A stretch of 63,997 nt of DNA, filler included, from Olpidium bornovanus S191 (GCA_017911155.1; 33 parts of 33 records of this genome joined end to end with filler, not necessarily neighbours in it), one strand, 5' to 3'. Shown: positions 23,256 through 34,623, numbered from the whole stretch's first letter. A program made the numbers and translations. The notes: a model not told the origin generated them from the letters alone.

Positions 23256-23760
23256 GTAGCGGCTGACCGGGCGCTGCCATCCTTCCTTTCTTCGTTGTTT
23301 TGTTCCTGGAATCGCGGGCGGTCGGCATTTTTTTTTTTTTTTTTTTGCGACCGCCGGAGTCTTTTTACTTTTGCGGCCGCCCGGATTTTCTTCTTTTTTT
23401 TGCGACCTGGAAGGCAGCGTTGTGCCGGGTCTGGCCGGTTCTGCCCTCTAAGAAAGTATGGAGGATTTTTGAAATATGTGGCGGCTGGGAGGGACGCTGC
23501 CACCCTCCTTCCTTCCTTCCTTCCATAGTTGCCAGCATAGCGCGTGGCCGCCACCCTTTTCTTGCGGCGGGAGGTGTCTTTTTTTTTGCAGATGCCTGAA
23601 GACAGGAAGGCGGCGGAATGGCGGAAGGTGGCGTTGTGCCGGGTCTGCCCGACTGTGCCCTACGAATTAAGGTGGGGAAAGGGGGAGAAGGGTGGCGGCT
23701 GATGAGCTCCTGCTGCCCTTCCTTCCTTCCAGCCTTCCTTCGTTGCCGGCATCGAGCGGC
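23256..23760. repeat. Degenerate ~214-bp tandem array with GGCGGC/GCTGCC stem and (CCTT)n linkers
   Basis: GT(A/G)GCGGC...GCTGCC at ~23256, ~23478 and ~23692; GCGTTGTGCCGGGTCTG at 23417 and 23631. Confidence 0.65.
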
Positions 23761-23772
23761 GCCCGCGCATTT

Positions 23773-23806
<34 letters not shown>

Positions 23807-23990
23807 GAGCCTCTAAGGGGGGAGCGGGGGGGTTGGTGCGGCCCCCAGAATTTTTGTCCCTCTTATCTTTTTGAAAAAAAAAAGGAAAAANNNNNNNNNN
23901 NNNNNNNNNNNNNNNNNNNNNNNNNNNNNNNNNNTTAATTAATTAANNNNNNNNNNNNNNNNNNNNNNNNNNNNNNNNNNNNNNNNNNNN

Positions 23991-25033
23991 CATGGAGGTG
24001 AAGCTGGAGGTGGAAACGGGGAAAGAGCCTCCGCTCTGGATCCGGGAATTGATGCAGAGTCAGCTTGTGAGTTGAAAACCACCGATTCTCTCTACTTCCC
24101 TCGGCCCACAAGCGTTTTTTCTCTTGTTTCTTTTTCATTTTCATTTTTTCTTTTGTTGCTTACCGCGCTACACGACCCTCGCGGGACGAAAACCTCTCTC
24201 TCTCCCACCACCCCTCCTCCCTTTCGCCACGGCCAAAAAAAAAGGTTGAAGAGGCTCCCAAGTTCTCAAAGTTCTGCCACGGAAGCGTCTCCCTGCTTGA
24301 GCCGCTGGCGCCCGTGTACCCGTACTGGCTCCACCAGATGGGGACGAACATCCGCCACCGCCGCACGTGCACGCTGCTCGAGCTGACGAGGACAAACGTC
24401 AAGGTCCCGTGGGCGCCGCAGGCGTCGGCGGGCGCGGACGTGGAGGGCGCCGCGATGCGGGCGGCGTCGCAGTCGACCATGACGGTGTCGGAGTCGTCGT
24501 TGAGCATCGCGTCGCGCACGGCGCTGTCGCGGCTGAGCCTCGTGTCGGCGTCGGGGGCGTCCGTCAAGAGGAACCAGGAGGGTGCCGGGGAGAAGGACGA
24601 CGGGCGGCAGCAGCAGCAGCAGCCGTGCGACGCCAAGGCGACGCCGGCGGGGCCGCGGCTGCCGTACATGCCTGCGAAGCGACGCAAGCTCATGGTGCCG
24701 ACGGTGGTTGAGCCCAAGGTGCACTTCGCCAACGAACGCACGTTCCTGGGCTGGACGCACTACGCGCTGTTCCTGCTGAACGGCGCGACGGCGGTCGTGC
24801 GGTTCGGGGCGGGCAGCCCGGCGATGCAGCTGCTCCGGCTGCTCGGGGTGGGGGTCTCGGTGTGCGCGATTGGGTTCCTGTTCGTGGGCCTGTACGTGCG
24901 GGAGCGGCGCCGGATCAAAATCTCGTGGAACCCGCGGCAGGAGCGCATGGACAGCGTACTGCCGCTGTTCGTGATCCTGTTCACGGTGTCGTTCGCCGTC
25001 GCCGTGAACTGGTACGCCGTGTACGCGTATTGA
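23991..25033 (+). CDS. VTC4: Vacuolar transporter chaperone Vtc4-like polyphosphate polymerase subunit, 3' part
   Basis: EVKLEVETGKEPPLWIRELMQSQL|VEEAPKFSKFCHG...PYWLHQM matches the end of the VTC domain; VEPKVHFANERTFLGW starts the DUF202 TM region; stop at 25033. Confidence 0.85.
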
Positions 25034-25307
25034 AACCTTTCTCTTGTTTTGCTTTTTTCGGAAAGAAACGAAAGGTAGTTTAGTTTGCGGGGGAGGGGGG
25101 GACACTCTCCCGCGGCGCTTTTTCTGGGTTCTTTCCTCTTTTTACATTTTGGGGGGGGGGGCCGAGTTGTTGGGGGGGGGGGGGGGGGGGCGCGGGGGGG
25201 GCGCGGGNNNNNNNNNNNNNNNNNNNNNNNNNNNNNNNNNNNNNNNNNNNNTTAATTAATTAANNNNNNNNNNNNNNNNNNNNNNNNNNNNNNNNNNNNN
25301 NNNNNNN

Positions 25308-26209
25308 GTCCTGCCCAGAAAGGCGGACGTGATTGCCCTCGATAAGTAGAGTACCAAAAGCCAAGCTTTCGGCCGTTGCCCAATCGATACCCTCTCCGTC
25401 CTCTATAGACTTGAGTCGGGCTTGCATGATACGAGCAAGGTTGGGGTGTATGTTGAAGCCCTTTGGAGCACCGCTGACGGCCTTGCCGACGGTCATCAGC
25501 TGCTCTACGGGAGCTCCGGTGGAATACCTCGGCGTGACCTGTTCCGCCAACTCCCGGGGACTCTTGAAGCCTGCAGCGAAATTGAAATACGGATGGGGGA
25601 GGTGCGTTTTCCAAAAATAATATCTAAATCGCTATGATCACCTCGGAATGTGGGGTCTGCACGTTTAGCATCGAAGTCTCACCGTTCCACGAACTCGACA
25701 GCCACTCGCGACTGGTGGGTTTGTAGTCTTTGCTCTTTGCATAATTCTCCTCCAAAATCTCCCAGACCCTCTTCTTGATTGCATCGACTTCCTCCGCCTT
25801 GAAGCTCCCCTCGTTTACCAGCCGCTCTGCGTATTTTTCCAAAGCAGGGCGCATCTTCTTGATTGTCTGGTACATGCGGGGCTGGGTGAAGCTTGGTTGG
25901 TCGACCTCGTTATGCCCGTGGCGTCGGTAGCACACAATGTCAATGACGGCGTCTTTCTTAAACGTCTGGCGGTAATCGGCCGCAAGCTGGCAGACGAAGG
26001 TGACGGCCTCGACGTCGTCGCCGTTCACGTGGAACACCGGCGCGTTGGTCACCTTGGCGATGTCCGTGCAGTACGGAGTAGAGCGTGCGAAGCGGGGATC
26101 GGTCGTGAAGCCAATCTGAGGTTCGAAATTCGGGGGAAAAATAATGAAAAATGATTGATACAGAATGATTGACAAATCCCTTTACGCGGCCTTCCCCCCA
26201 CCCCCCCCC

Positions 26210-26243
<34 letters not shown>

Positions 26244-26915
26244 GCTGATTGCACAATGTGCCTTGCCAACCGGGACGCCGGCGGCCTTACCTGATTGTTA
26301 ACGACGATGTGGATGGTGCCGCCGGTTGTATAGGACGGAAGGTCCGCCAGCCCGAAGGTCTCGTATACCACGCCCTGTCCCGCAAACGCGGCGTCGCCGT
26401 GCATCAGGATGGCCATGGACCTGCCGCGGGTCTTCTCGTCTTTGGAGTAGAACTGGAGCGCCCGCGTTTTGCCGAGGACGACAGGATCGACGGCCTCGAG
26501 ATGGGACGGATTGGCCACGAGCGACAAGTGAACGCGCTTCCCTGACGGCGTCGGCCGCTCGTAGTTCATGCCAAGGTGATACTTCACGTCGCCGGAACCT
26601 TCGGCTCCCGGTTCCATGGATCCGCCGAACTCTGCCAGAATCGACTCATTAGGCTTCCGCACGACGTTGCTAAGAACATTCTACCGGATCCATAAGTTGA
26701 GCGGCGGCCGTTAACGTGGATTTTAGTTACGGAAACGAGCTTTTCTTTTTCTTCCGGAGCATGCGACTCACCAACCGTCCGCGATGAGGCATTCCCATGA
26801 CAATATTTTCTATGCCGTTGTCTACAGCTTTATCAATCTGATTTTCGTAAAGCGCTTTGCTCCGTCAAAGCCGCGTCCACAACAAGACAAATCCGTTCCC
26901 GACAAAAAAACCAAA
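25308..26915 (-). CDS. KGD1: 2-oxoglutarate dehydrogenase E1, internal fragment, spliced
   Basis: [83 protein letters not shown]. Confidence 0.98.
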
Positions 26916-27093
26916 NNNNNNNNNNNNNNNNNNNNNNNNNNNNNNNNNNNNNNNNNNNNTTAATTAATTAANNNNNNNNNNNNNNNNNNNNNNNNNNNNN
27001 NNNNNNNNNNNNNNNAGTGGGGGAGAAAAGAAAGGTGTGGTAGATTCGGCACGGGACGCAGATCGAACCCGAGCGCCGCCCACCAAAGGTAGG

Positions 27094-28675
27094 TCAACGC
27101 ACCATTGCGCTTTGCCGGGTGCCGAAGTCGAGCATGATCTCCGCGCTTCCTCCGAGGATCGCGTAGGCGCGTACCTCGCGGTACAGCCGCTCGATCTTCT
27201 CGCCCTGGCCTCCACGAGTGTAAGCCAGACCGCCGAAACTAACGAAAATCGCCGTTTCGCAAGAATCAAGCGGAAGTCAGAAGGAACCGAGTCAGGATCC
27301 TGCCAGACGTTAGTCGACAGACTTTAGAGAACCTGTGAACCTGTGCACTCACATCTGAGGCCGCGTCACGGGCGCAATACTGAAACGCCTGAGTGGCCTG
27401 CGCTTTCAGGAGCGGGATGGGTCCTCAGAGAAGGATTGCTCGTAGCTCCTTCGGGAGCGGGCATTGTCTGCGTGCCGCCGCCCGAACCAACCAGAAAAGC
27501 GACAACGTCAACCTCTCTGGCTCGAGCGAGTCGAAAACAGCCCCTTACGTTCCCAGGAGCAAACCACCGCACCTGGTAAACAATAGCCTCCATCCACGCA
27601 TGCGTCGCCTCAATTTGGCGCGCCATGCGGGGGAGCTTGTTGCGGATGACAGGGTGATCGACCCAATCGTTCGCCAAACGTCCTGCGCTCATGCGCGTAC
27701 TTCATCGCCTCCTCGTAGCACACGCGTGCGAACCGGTTGGCCTGGATGACGATGCCCATGCGCTCGTGGTTGCCGCAGGACGGACAAGTTTTTCGTCAGA
27801 GCGGGAGGTAAAAATGATCTGGTGCGAGATAACGCCAAAAAAAACCAAAAAAAACTATTGAAACTGCATTTTACAAGTTTTCCATGATATACTACAATAA
27901 AGTCATTCCAAACAATTACCTGAAGTGAACCCGAAAGGTCCACGACTTGGAAGTCACCGCATAATACGTGCCTTAAATTAACGGTTCACCTTGCCAATAA
28001 GGTTCTCGGTTGGAACGTTAACGTCCTCAAAGGTGCTATGCAACCAGCACCACAGTTGGGTGATCGGCGCTCCCGCGTGCCGTTGAGTTGACAGCATAAG
28101 ACTTACATGTACGCGGTGCCGCTAGACCACACGCCAGAGCAGTTCATTTGCTTGGTCTTCACACCGGGTATAGTCCTCATCGATCAGTAATAACGAAATG
28201 CCTCCCATACCCTCGCCACCGGTGCGAACAGCGACCGTAAAGAACTTCCGGAAAAAAAAAGGAAAAGAAAAGAAAAAAAAAGACCCCGGGGCAATTAGTC
28301 GTTATTACACTCCAGACGGTTGATGACACCGGCAGCGTTATACTCACGTCTGCAAAAGTACCATTCGTGATCCACTTCTTCTCGCCGTTGACAATGTAGT
28401 GAGTACGTCCGCAAGCCAGTCACATCACTTCCTGGAGACACGAAAACGGAAACGGCAAAGTCGGTGACGCATTACGCAATACAAGCATATCAAACCCTTG
28501 ATGTTGTTTTGACCAGACGCGAAACTCACCGGCGCCGGGCTCGGTTATGGCCAGGCATATGGACTTGTGGCGGTTGAGGCACTGGGGCACAATGCGCACG
28601 CGGAGCTCATCGGATGCAAAGTGGACTATCGGGGCCAGACCAATGCCGAGGCCACCACCAACACAGGTTGGAGGA
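27094..28675 (-). pseudogene. Acyl-CoA dehydrogenase unprocessed pseudogene, 5' part missing
   Basis: Exons GLGIGLAPIVHFAS...ICLAITEPGAG, HYIVNGEKKWITNG and KIERLYREVRAYAILGGSAEIM. Frameshifts near 28400, 28182 and 27665; in-frame TAA in NLIGKVNR*FK at ~27978. Confidence 0.85.
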
Positions 28676-29059
28676 CAAGCGGGACGCCCTCCGCTGGAAT
28701 TTCCGGAGGACGGGTCCTGGAAAAACAACCCCACGAACATTACGTCCTACCAACACGCCAAGGACGGCAGTCTGCGCTCCAAGGTCAAATGGAACGACGG
28801 AGCCAACCAGCCGGCAGGAATGGTGGCAGATTATTGATTAGATATGAACCGCGCCGTCCCGCCGAACGTGACTTCGGCGGCCTTGGCGCCGCCGCTCGCC
28901 GGCGCCGCAGAAGGAATCACCTACGAACCCCGAACCCAAGACGCACCATGAAGTCATCAGTGGAGAGGAAGCAGAGCAATGGCAACAAGCCGCGCAACTG
29001 GAAATCAACTCTCTCCGCAACTTTTTTTTTTTGCCGGGAGAGCTGGCTAGACGCACAGA

Positions 29060-29547
29060 CCGCCGAGCGCTCCGCGGCCGACGGGTATACAAGCGCTAAC
29101 TGCACTTTTTTGACGGCACCATCGTCAAGTATAAAACGCGCTTCGCGGCGCAGAGATGTTCCCAGACAAAAGGAATCGACTGCTGGGAGACCTTCTCACC
29201 GATCGTATCAGCCTCCGCCTTGAAGGCCGTCATTGCCGTGACAACCGCACCATGGTTGGAAAGTTTGCCAGCGAGATGTAGCGCTCGCTTGCCTCGAGAA
29301 AAGCTCAAAAAAGAAGTGTACACAGAATAGCCGGATGGATTCGCTGGAGACAAGACCAATGTATCCAGGCTTCGCCGAGCGCTGTATGGGCGCAAGCAGA
29401 GCGTCCGAGTTTGGAATCTGCGGCTTCATGCGGAGTTGAGATACCTTCCGAGCCCTGTGCCCAATGTCCTCACTGGGAGGGGAGAAATCACGATCGAGGC
29501 GGCTCGCCGTGCGGTATCCGTCGATGTTGACATCATTATCGCCTGAC
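29060..29547 (+). mobile_element. Decayed Ty1/copia reverse transcriptase fragment
   Basis: DGTIVKYKTRFAAQRCSQTKGIDCWETFSPIVS...KEVYTE*PDGF...LRRALYGRKQSVRVWN follows the copia RT consensus, with substitutions and a stop. Confidence 0.9.
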
Positions 29548-29647
29548 NNNNNNNNNNNNNNNNNNNNNNNNNNNNNNNNNNNNNNNNNNNNTTAATTAAT
29601 TAANNNNNNNNNNNNNNNNNNNNNNNNNNNNNNNNNNNNNNNNNNNN

Positions 29648-29859
29648 CATGGCGACACGTGACCTCCGTTCTCCACCCGTCAGTCCCACGTGGAAGTGGT
29701 ATGCCGAGCGCCTCTGGTCCCTGGGTGTCGGCAGTTGCAGGAATGCTAAATTAAAGGCCTTTATGTTGAATTCCGTCAGCATTTTTTATTGTATTATATA
29801 GCGCTGTCAAAAATAAACGTGTCCGGCACCCACGGGCGCACAACGTAAAATTCTTAACA
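29648..29859 (+). mobile_element. 3' part of a 5' LTR of an LTR retrotransposon
   Basis: TATA-like TATTATATAG, AATAAA, terminal ...TTAACA directly followed by a primer-binding site. Confidence 0.7.
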
Positions 29860-29871
29860 GGTTATGAGCCC
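29860..29871 (+). promoter_or_regulatory. Copia-type primer-binding site (internal tRNAiMet-half priming type)
   Basis: GGTTATGAGCCC immediately after the LTR-terminal CA; same type as Drosophila copia GGTTATGGGCCC. Confidence 0.8.
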
Positions 29872-29899
29872 AACTCGGACTTGAGCCTCGTCTTCGCCT

Positions 29900-30300
29900 T
29901 CGGCCCCGAGCTCGCTTCGCCGTCGCTTTTTGCTTTGCCCCCGAGCTCGTTTCGCCGTCGCTTTCTGCCTTCGGGCCCAAGCTCAACTTGCTGTCGCTTC
30001 GGCCCCGAGCTCGCCGTGCTGTCGCTTCGACCCCGAGCTTACTCCGCCAACCGCCGCTCATTGGCTTGCCGCCCCGCTCACCGCTTTCGCCGCATCTGCA
30101 GACAGCTGCCGCAGCCTACACACAGCTGCCGCCGCTGCTTTCGCCACTGCGCTCGTCGACCTTCGACTCCGAGCTCGCCTCGCCTTCAACTTTGGCTCCG
30201 AGCTCGCCCCGCCGCCAACTTCGGCCCCGAGCTCGCCTCGCTTCAACTTCGACTCCGAGCTCACCTCGCCTTCAATTTTGGCACCGAGCTCGACTCGGCA
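29900..30300 (+). repeat. ~30-bp tandem repeats in the retrotransposon leader
   Basis: About ten CCGAGCTC-core units in two blocks (~29900-30040 and ~30160-30300). Confidence 0.85.
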
Positions 30301-30312
30301 CCTCGAGCAACC

Positions 30313-30652
30313 ATGCCAATTGACCCGCTTGATGAAAACACCGCCCAGGCTAGCACAAGCAAACCGAGTAGGAGCGCAATCTTCTCCAACACTCCTCTGG
30401 GTGGTGCATACGGACACGGAGGCCAGTCGCCCCAGACTGCTGCACCTACACCTTTGAATGAAGTCGAAACTTTACGCGCTGCCATCTTTGAAACACAAGC
30501 CCAACTCCGCCGTCAGGCCCAGACAGATCATCATGATCGCAATCGTCTAGACCGCCGTCAAGCACGCGCAACTATTTCGTCAAGTTCTATCTGACGTATC
30601 TTCAGCGAAATACCAAAGTATGACGGAAAAGAAAGCTCCCCTAACTTATGTC
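30313..30652 (+). mobile_element. Probable gag N-terminus with an in-frame TGA
   Basis: ATG 30313, downstream of LTR and PBS; ...SSI*RIFSEIPKYDGKE continues past the stop at 30592-30594. Confidence 0.55.
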
Positions 30653-31022
30653 NNNNNNNNNNNNNNNNNNNNNNNNNNNNNNNNNNNNNNNNNNNNTTAA
30701 TTAATTAANNNNNNNNNNNNNNNNNNNNNNNNNNNNNNNNNNNNNNNNNNNNACGCCCCATCCCGCCCCCGAGGCCACCGCGTCAACCCGCCAGGTGCAT
30801 GGAGAGGGAAAATAGAGGTTCGGGCTTGCCGCGATGGCCGTTTTCTTCTATTGGAGACGCACTATATTTTTTAACGCACCATTTCTTTATTTCAATAGTG
30901 ACACGCAGAGCCATCCTATTTGCCGCGGAGCCCACGGACTATAACTTCACGAATTATGTAAATTATTGCAATGTAAATGCATGCCTCGCCCTAAATAATA
31001 ATATTGGCGGAAATGGGGTTCG

Positions 31023-31102
31023 CCGGGCTTCCCTCTGCATTTATCCGGGCTTGGGACCGGTCCCGGCCCCGTAAGGCGTGAGAAGCTACATTAGCCTCCC
31101 GG
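31023..31102 (-). ncRNA. Twister ribozyme, type P1 with P3 extension
   Basis: Minus strand CCGGGAGGC-UAA-UGUA-GC-[P3]-CCGG-UCCCAAGC-CCGG-AUAAA-UGCA-G-A-GGG-AAGCCCGG. P2 is UGUA/UGCA, P4 is CCGG/CCGG, T1 is CCC/GGG, T2 is GC/GC. Predicted U^A cleavage between 31093 and 31092. P1 is imperfect. Confidence 0.9.
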
Positions 31103-31329
31103 GAAAGGGCCGGTGTCTAAACGCGCTGCCAGGAGGAAGCCGGGGCGGACGGAGAGGGAGGGAGGGGGGTCGGTGCTGGATGCGGGAAAAGGGGGGAAGG
31201 GAGGCGTTGCTGCAGGGGCGGGCGACGCGTCCCAGAGAAACGCGCTGATGGGTTGATAAACCGACGCCCAGCCGACCCCACACCCCCTCTCCCCCTCACA
31301 CACACACACACACACACAAACTCACTCAC

Positions 31330-31361
31330 CCTGGTACGCTGTCACTTCTGTATTTCGGCAT
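31330..31361 (-). CDS. Probable first coding exon (MPKYRSDSVPG) of an unidentified gene
   Basis: GCCACATGC start context, perfect GTGAGT donor at 31329 followed by a (TG)n tract. No downstream exon identified. Confidence 0.45.
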
Positions 31362-32183
31362 GTGGCTCGAAGCAGACCTCAGCGGCGGCGCGCATCCCTC
31401 TGCAAATTGCGTTTGCTGCCGTCTTTCGTCCCGCCCTACCCCGCCCAGCCAGCCCAGCCCGACAGCTCGCTCCCCCCAAACCCGAGCCCCCCTTACCCAT
31501 TCCGCAGCGGGCGAGCCCAGAGCGAGATCGCCGTCGGACCCCGCCCGCGGAGTCGGCCGGCGCCGAGAACGGGAGCTTTTGCGCGCGCGGCTGGCCGTGG
31601 GCGACGCCGGACTGCGACGAAACCGGGTCCGCGCTCGTACGCCGTCACCGCATCGTGCAAGTGCCGCCAAGTATCGTTTTTTTTAATCGGCGCTTATGTT
31701 CTTTTGACCCTCAGCTCACGCCTCTGGCCATCTGCGATTTTTCGAAAAAGAAAACATTTCGCGGTTTCAGAATGCGATGCTTTTGTCTAGTAGAGGCGGA
31801 AGCCCTGGCCGTTTCAAAAAATAATATCTTCTTCTCACGGCGGCTGCAAACACCGGCGCGGATTTCATCTGGATCGCGCTGTCGATTTCTCGTTTCGTCG
31901 TTCCGGGCCCGCCTGTGTTTCAGAGTATCGTGTCAAAATTTTGAGAGAAAACGGGGAGAACTCGAAAAACAAAGGCCGCGGCCCTTTTTCCTTCCCAACC
32001 CCCCCTCCCCCTCCCGCCCCCACCCCCCGAACGACCCAAAGCGCTCGGGCATTCGACGGCAAGAGTTTTTTTTGGCTCCGACGGGGCCGCGGCGAGCACG
32101 AGAGGAAAGCGCCACGGTTGAAGAGAGGAAAGCGACCGCGCGACAAAAAAAGAAGGCGGGCGCGCAGCCGTTTCGCTCTCCCC

Positions 32184-32300
<117 letters not shown>

Positions 32301-32400
32301 NNNNNNNNNNNNNNNNNNNNNNNNNNNNNNNNNNNNNNNNNNNNTTAATTAATTAANNNNNNNNNNNNNNNNNNNNNNNNNNNNNNNNNNNNNNNNNNNN

Positions 32401-32634
32401 CAGCGGAACGGCCGCAAGACTCTGACGACGGTCCAGGGCATTCCGGCAGAATTCAACAGGAAGAGGTTGCTGAAGGCTTTTAAGAAGGAGTTCGCCTGCA
32501 ACGGTACCCTGGTCCACCATGAGGAGCTTGGCGAGGTCATTCAGCTGCAGGGAGACCAGCGCTTGAAGGTCTCCAACTTCCTGGCCGAGGAAGGCATCAC
32601 CAAGAAAGAGCAAATCAAGATCCATGGGTTTTGA
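32401..32634 (+). CDS. SUI1: Translation initiation factor eIF1, 3' part
   Basis: QRNGRKTLTTVQG...KKEFACNG...GEVIQLQGDQR...IKIHGF*. Confidence 0.98.
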   Translation, partial: QRNGRKTLTTVQGIPAEFNRKRLLKAFKKEFACNGTLVHHEELGEVIQLQGDQRLKVSNFLAEEGITKKEQIKIHGF

Positions 32635-34113
32635 AGAGAGCCGGGACGGCCGAAGCGCAGCGGCATCGGCGTTTTTAGGAGTTCTCTTCATTATTTTTTC
32701 TCCCTCCATTTCCCCGAGGGACCCCCGCCGGGGCCTTTCGCGAAAAAATCGTTGTTTGGAAGGAAAAAAGCGTTTGATGCCCGATGCCCATTTCAAGCCT
32801 GTTTCGCTGTTTGTTTTCTGTTCTCTCCGGTTTAAGCCCTCTCCTCTTTGCGTTCGCATGTCACGATGACGATCAGTATTCTGGCGCCTGTTCTGGGCAA
32901 CAAATTGAGTCGAGTCTGCTTAACGGTGCTTTTGATTGGGCAGGCTTAAACTTGGGGATTTGCGCACAGATCAGCGCAAGGAGCAGACAGGGTGGCGTTT
33001 TCCGGATAAGTCAGAACGGCAGTGTGTGTAAATTTAGGTCAAAAGCGTTGCCGGACTTAGCAAGGGAGGAGGCGCTTGCCGTTTTCCTCGCCAGATCCTG
33101 TTCGCCGCCGGAATCCGATCCGGTGATGAACGGCACGGTCGCACCTTTATGTTCTTGCGCACTTCTTCCAGAGAAGGGAGAGATGAGTCCCAGCATCGAC
33201 CGGCCACCTGCTTGTACCAAACCTCGACAACCCGCAACCGACAAAACACAACGAAAACACTACTAGGATTTAAACTGACAAATACATATATAAATTATAA
33301 TTATTGATTTTATATATTATATTATATTATTACTTTTTCTCGCTCCTCCTTCGTCCGACTGTGGATTGTCCGGACGTCGTCGACGACAAGTCTCCGTCGA
33401 TCGTGCGTTCCGTTTTCAGGAATTGCCCTCCCCCCCTGCTCGCGAGCGCAGATCCGCCCTCAAAGACGTTGTACTCGTAAGCGATAGCGCAGATTTTCCC
33501 AAACGCTTTGCGCGAACGCGTTGTTGCCGAGAACTATCTCCACGAGACATTCTGACGCGAATCCGGGAATTCCGCGGATCCGCAAACCCCCCCCCCCCCC
33601 CCCCCCCGTCCTTCCCCCCCCCCNNNNNNNNNNNNNNNNNNNNNNNNNNNNNNNNNNNNNNNNNNNNTTAATTAATTAANNNNNNNNNNNNNNNNNNNNN
33701 NNNNNNNNNNNNNNNNNNNNNNNGACCATGGCTCATCCGGCAAATGCGCCATTATGTGGGACCGGAGGCTCCAGGGGGAAGCGTAGGGAAGTAGTGAGGG
33801 GCGGGAGGGGAAGCGGCGGTGCGGGTTGTGTGGTTTTCGGCGGCAGCCGGCAGCGGCCGGGTTCCATCGGGCCCCGCCGGCGGCCCGTCCGCCCGCCCAA
33901 ATTCCTAACCCCGAGCGGGCGCAAACGACAAAAGAACGCGACTCAATTTTTTTTTTTCCCGTTTCGCGGTGCATCAGAAAATTGCCAATTAAAAAAAAAA
34001 TAAATATTGCGGGTGTCGAGTGAAACGCTTGCGATTGTACTATTCGATGAAATTAAGGCGCCAAACGGTCGTTTCCGGCGGGAACGTCCGCCACGGGGAG
34101 GAGGAGAACCTGC

Positions 34114-34623
34114 GTGCGCGTGAACAACACCTCGGCCCAGGGTTCGGCCGCGGTGCCCCGGCCGGCCGCCGAAGGCGCCGCCGCCGGAGCGGCCTGTACC
34201 GGCACGGCCGTGCCTTTCCCTTCCTCCTCCGAGCCCTCGCCCGAAAACGGATCGCCCCCGCAACAAGCGCCGTGTTACGAATTTCTGTTTTGCAGATCGC
34301 CCGCCCTAATCATGGTCCTAAATCCGCAATTCGTCATTGTCGAAATGACGGACAAGTACCTCGAGGCCACCCTTACCATGCGCAGTGACCTTATCACCGC
34401 GGTATATTCGACGTGTGCCCCGACAGCCCGGAAGATGGAGGGGCGACCGGGGCGAGAAACCTCCGGGCCTCGCTGGAAACCTCCAGGGCATCGGGAAACC
34501 CGCACACCATGGCGGTGCAAAAGGTACGACGTGCGTAACGAAAACAACGTTCTCGTCTAGAAATACTGGTCGCCGGTGAACACTCCGGTACTGAACGAGA
34601 AAACAGTTGGCCAGGTTCAATGA
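34114..34623 (+). pseudogene. Decayed bacterial-type PAS (PAS_4-like) sensor domain
   Basis: Reconstructed YEFLFCRSPALIMVLNPQFVIVEMTDKYLEATLTMRSDLI/RGIFDVCPDSPEDGGATGARNLRASLE...HTMAVQK/YDVRNENNVLV*KYWSPVNTPVLNE. Frameshifts at ~34395 and ~34523; TAG at 34558-34560. Confidence 0.8.

Noticed and set aside
28547-28837. Plus-strand ORF with a chromo-shadow-like look (SWKNNPTNITSYQHAKDGSLRSKVKWNDG)
   Set aside because: It is largely antisense to acyl-CoA dehydrogenase exons and the resemblance is weak; not supportable without a profile search.
29660-29750. HDV-like motif around TCCACGT/TCCCACGT in the LTR
   Set aside because: P3 pairs poorly, and no G1-initiated P1 partner exists in either orientation.
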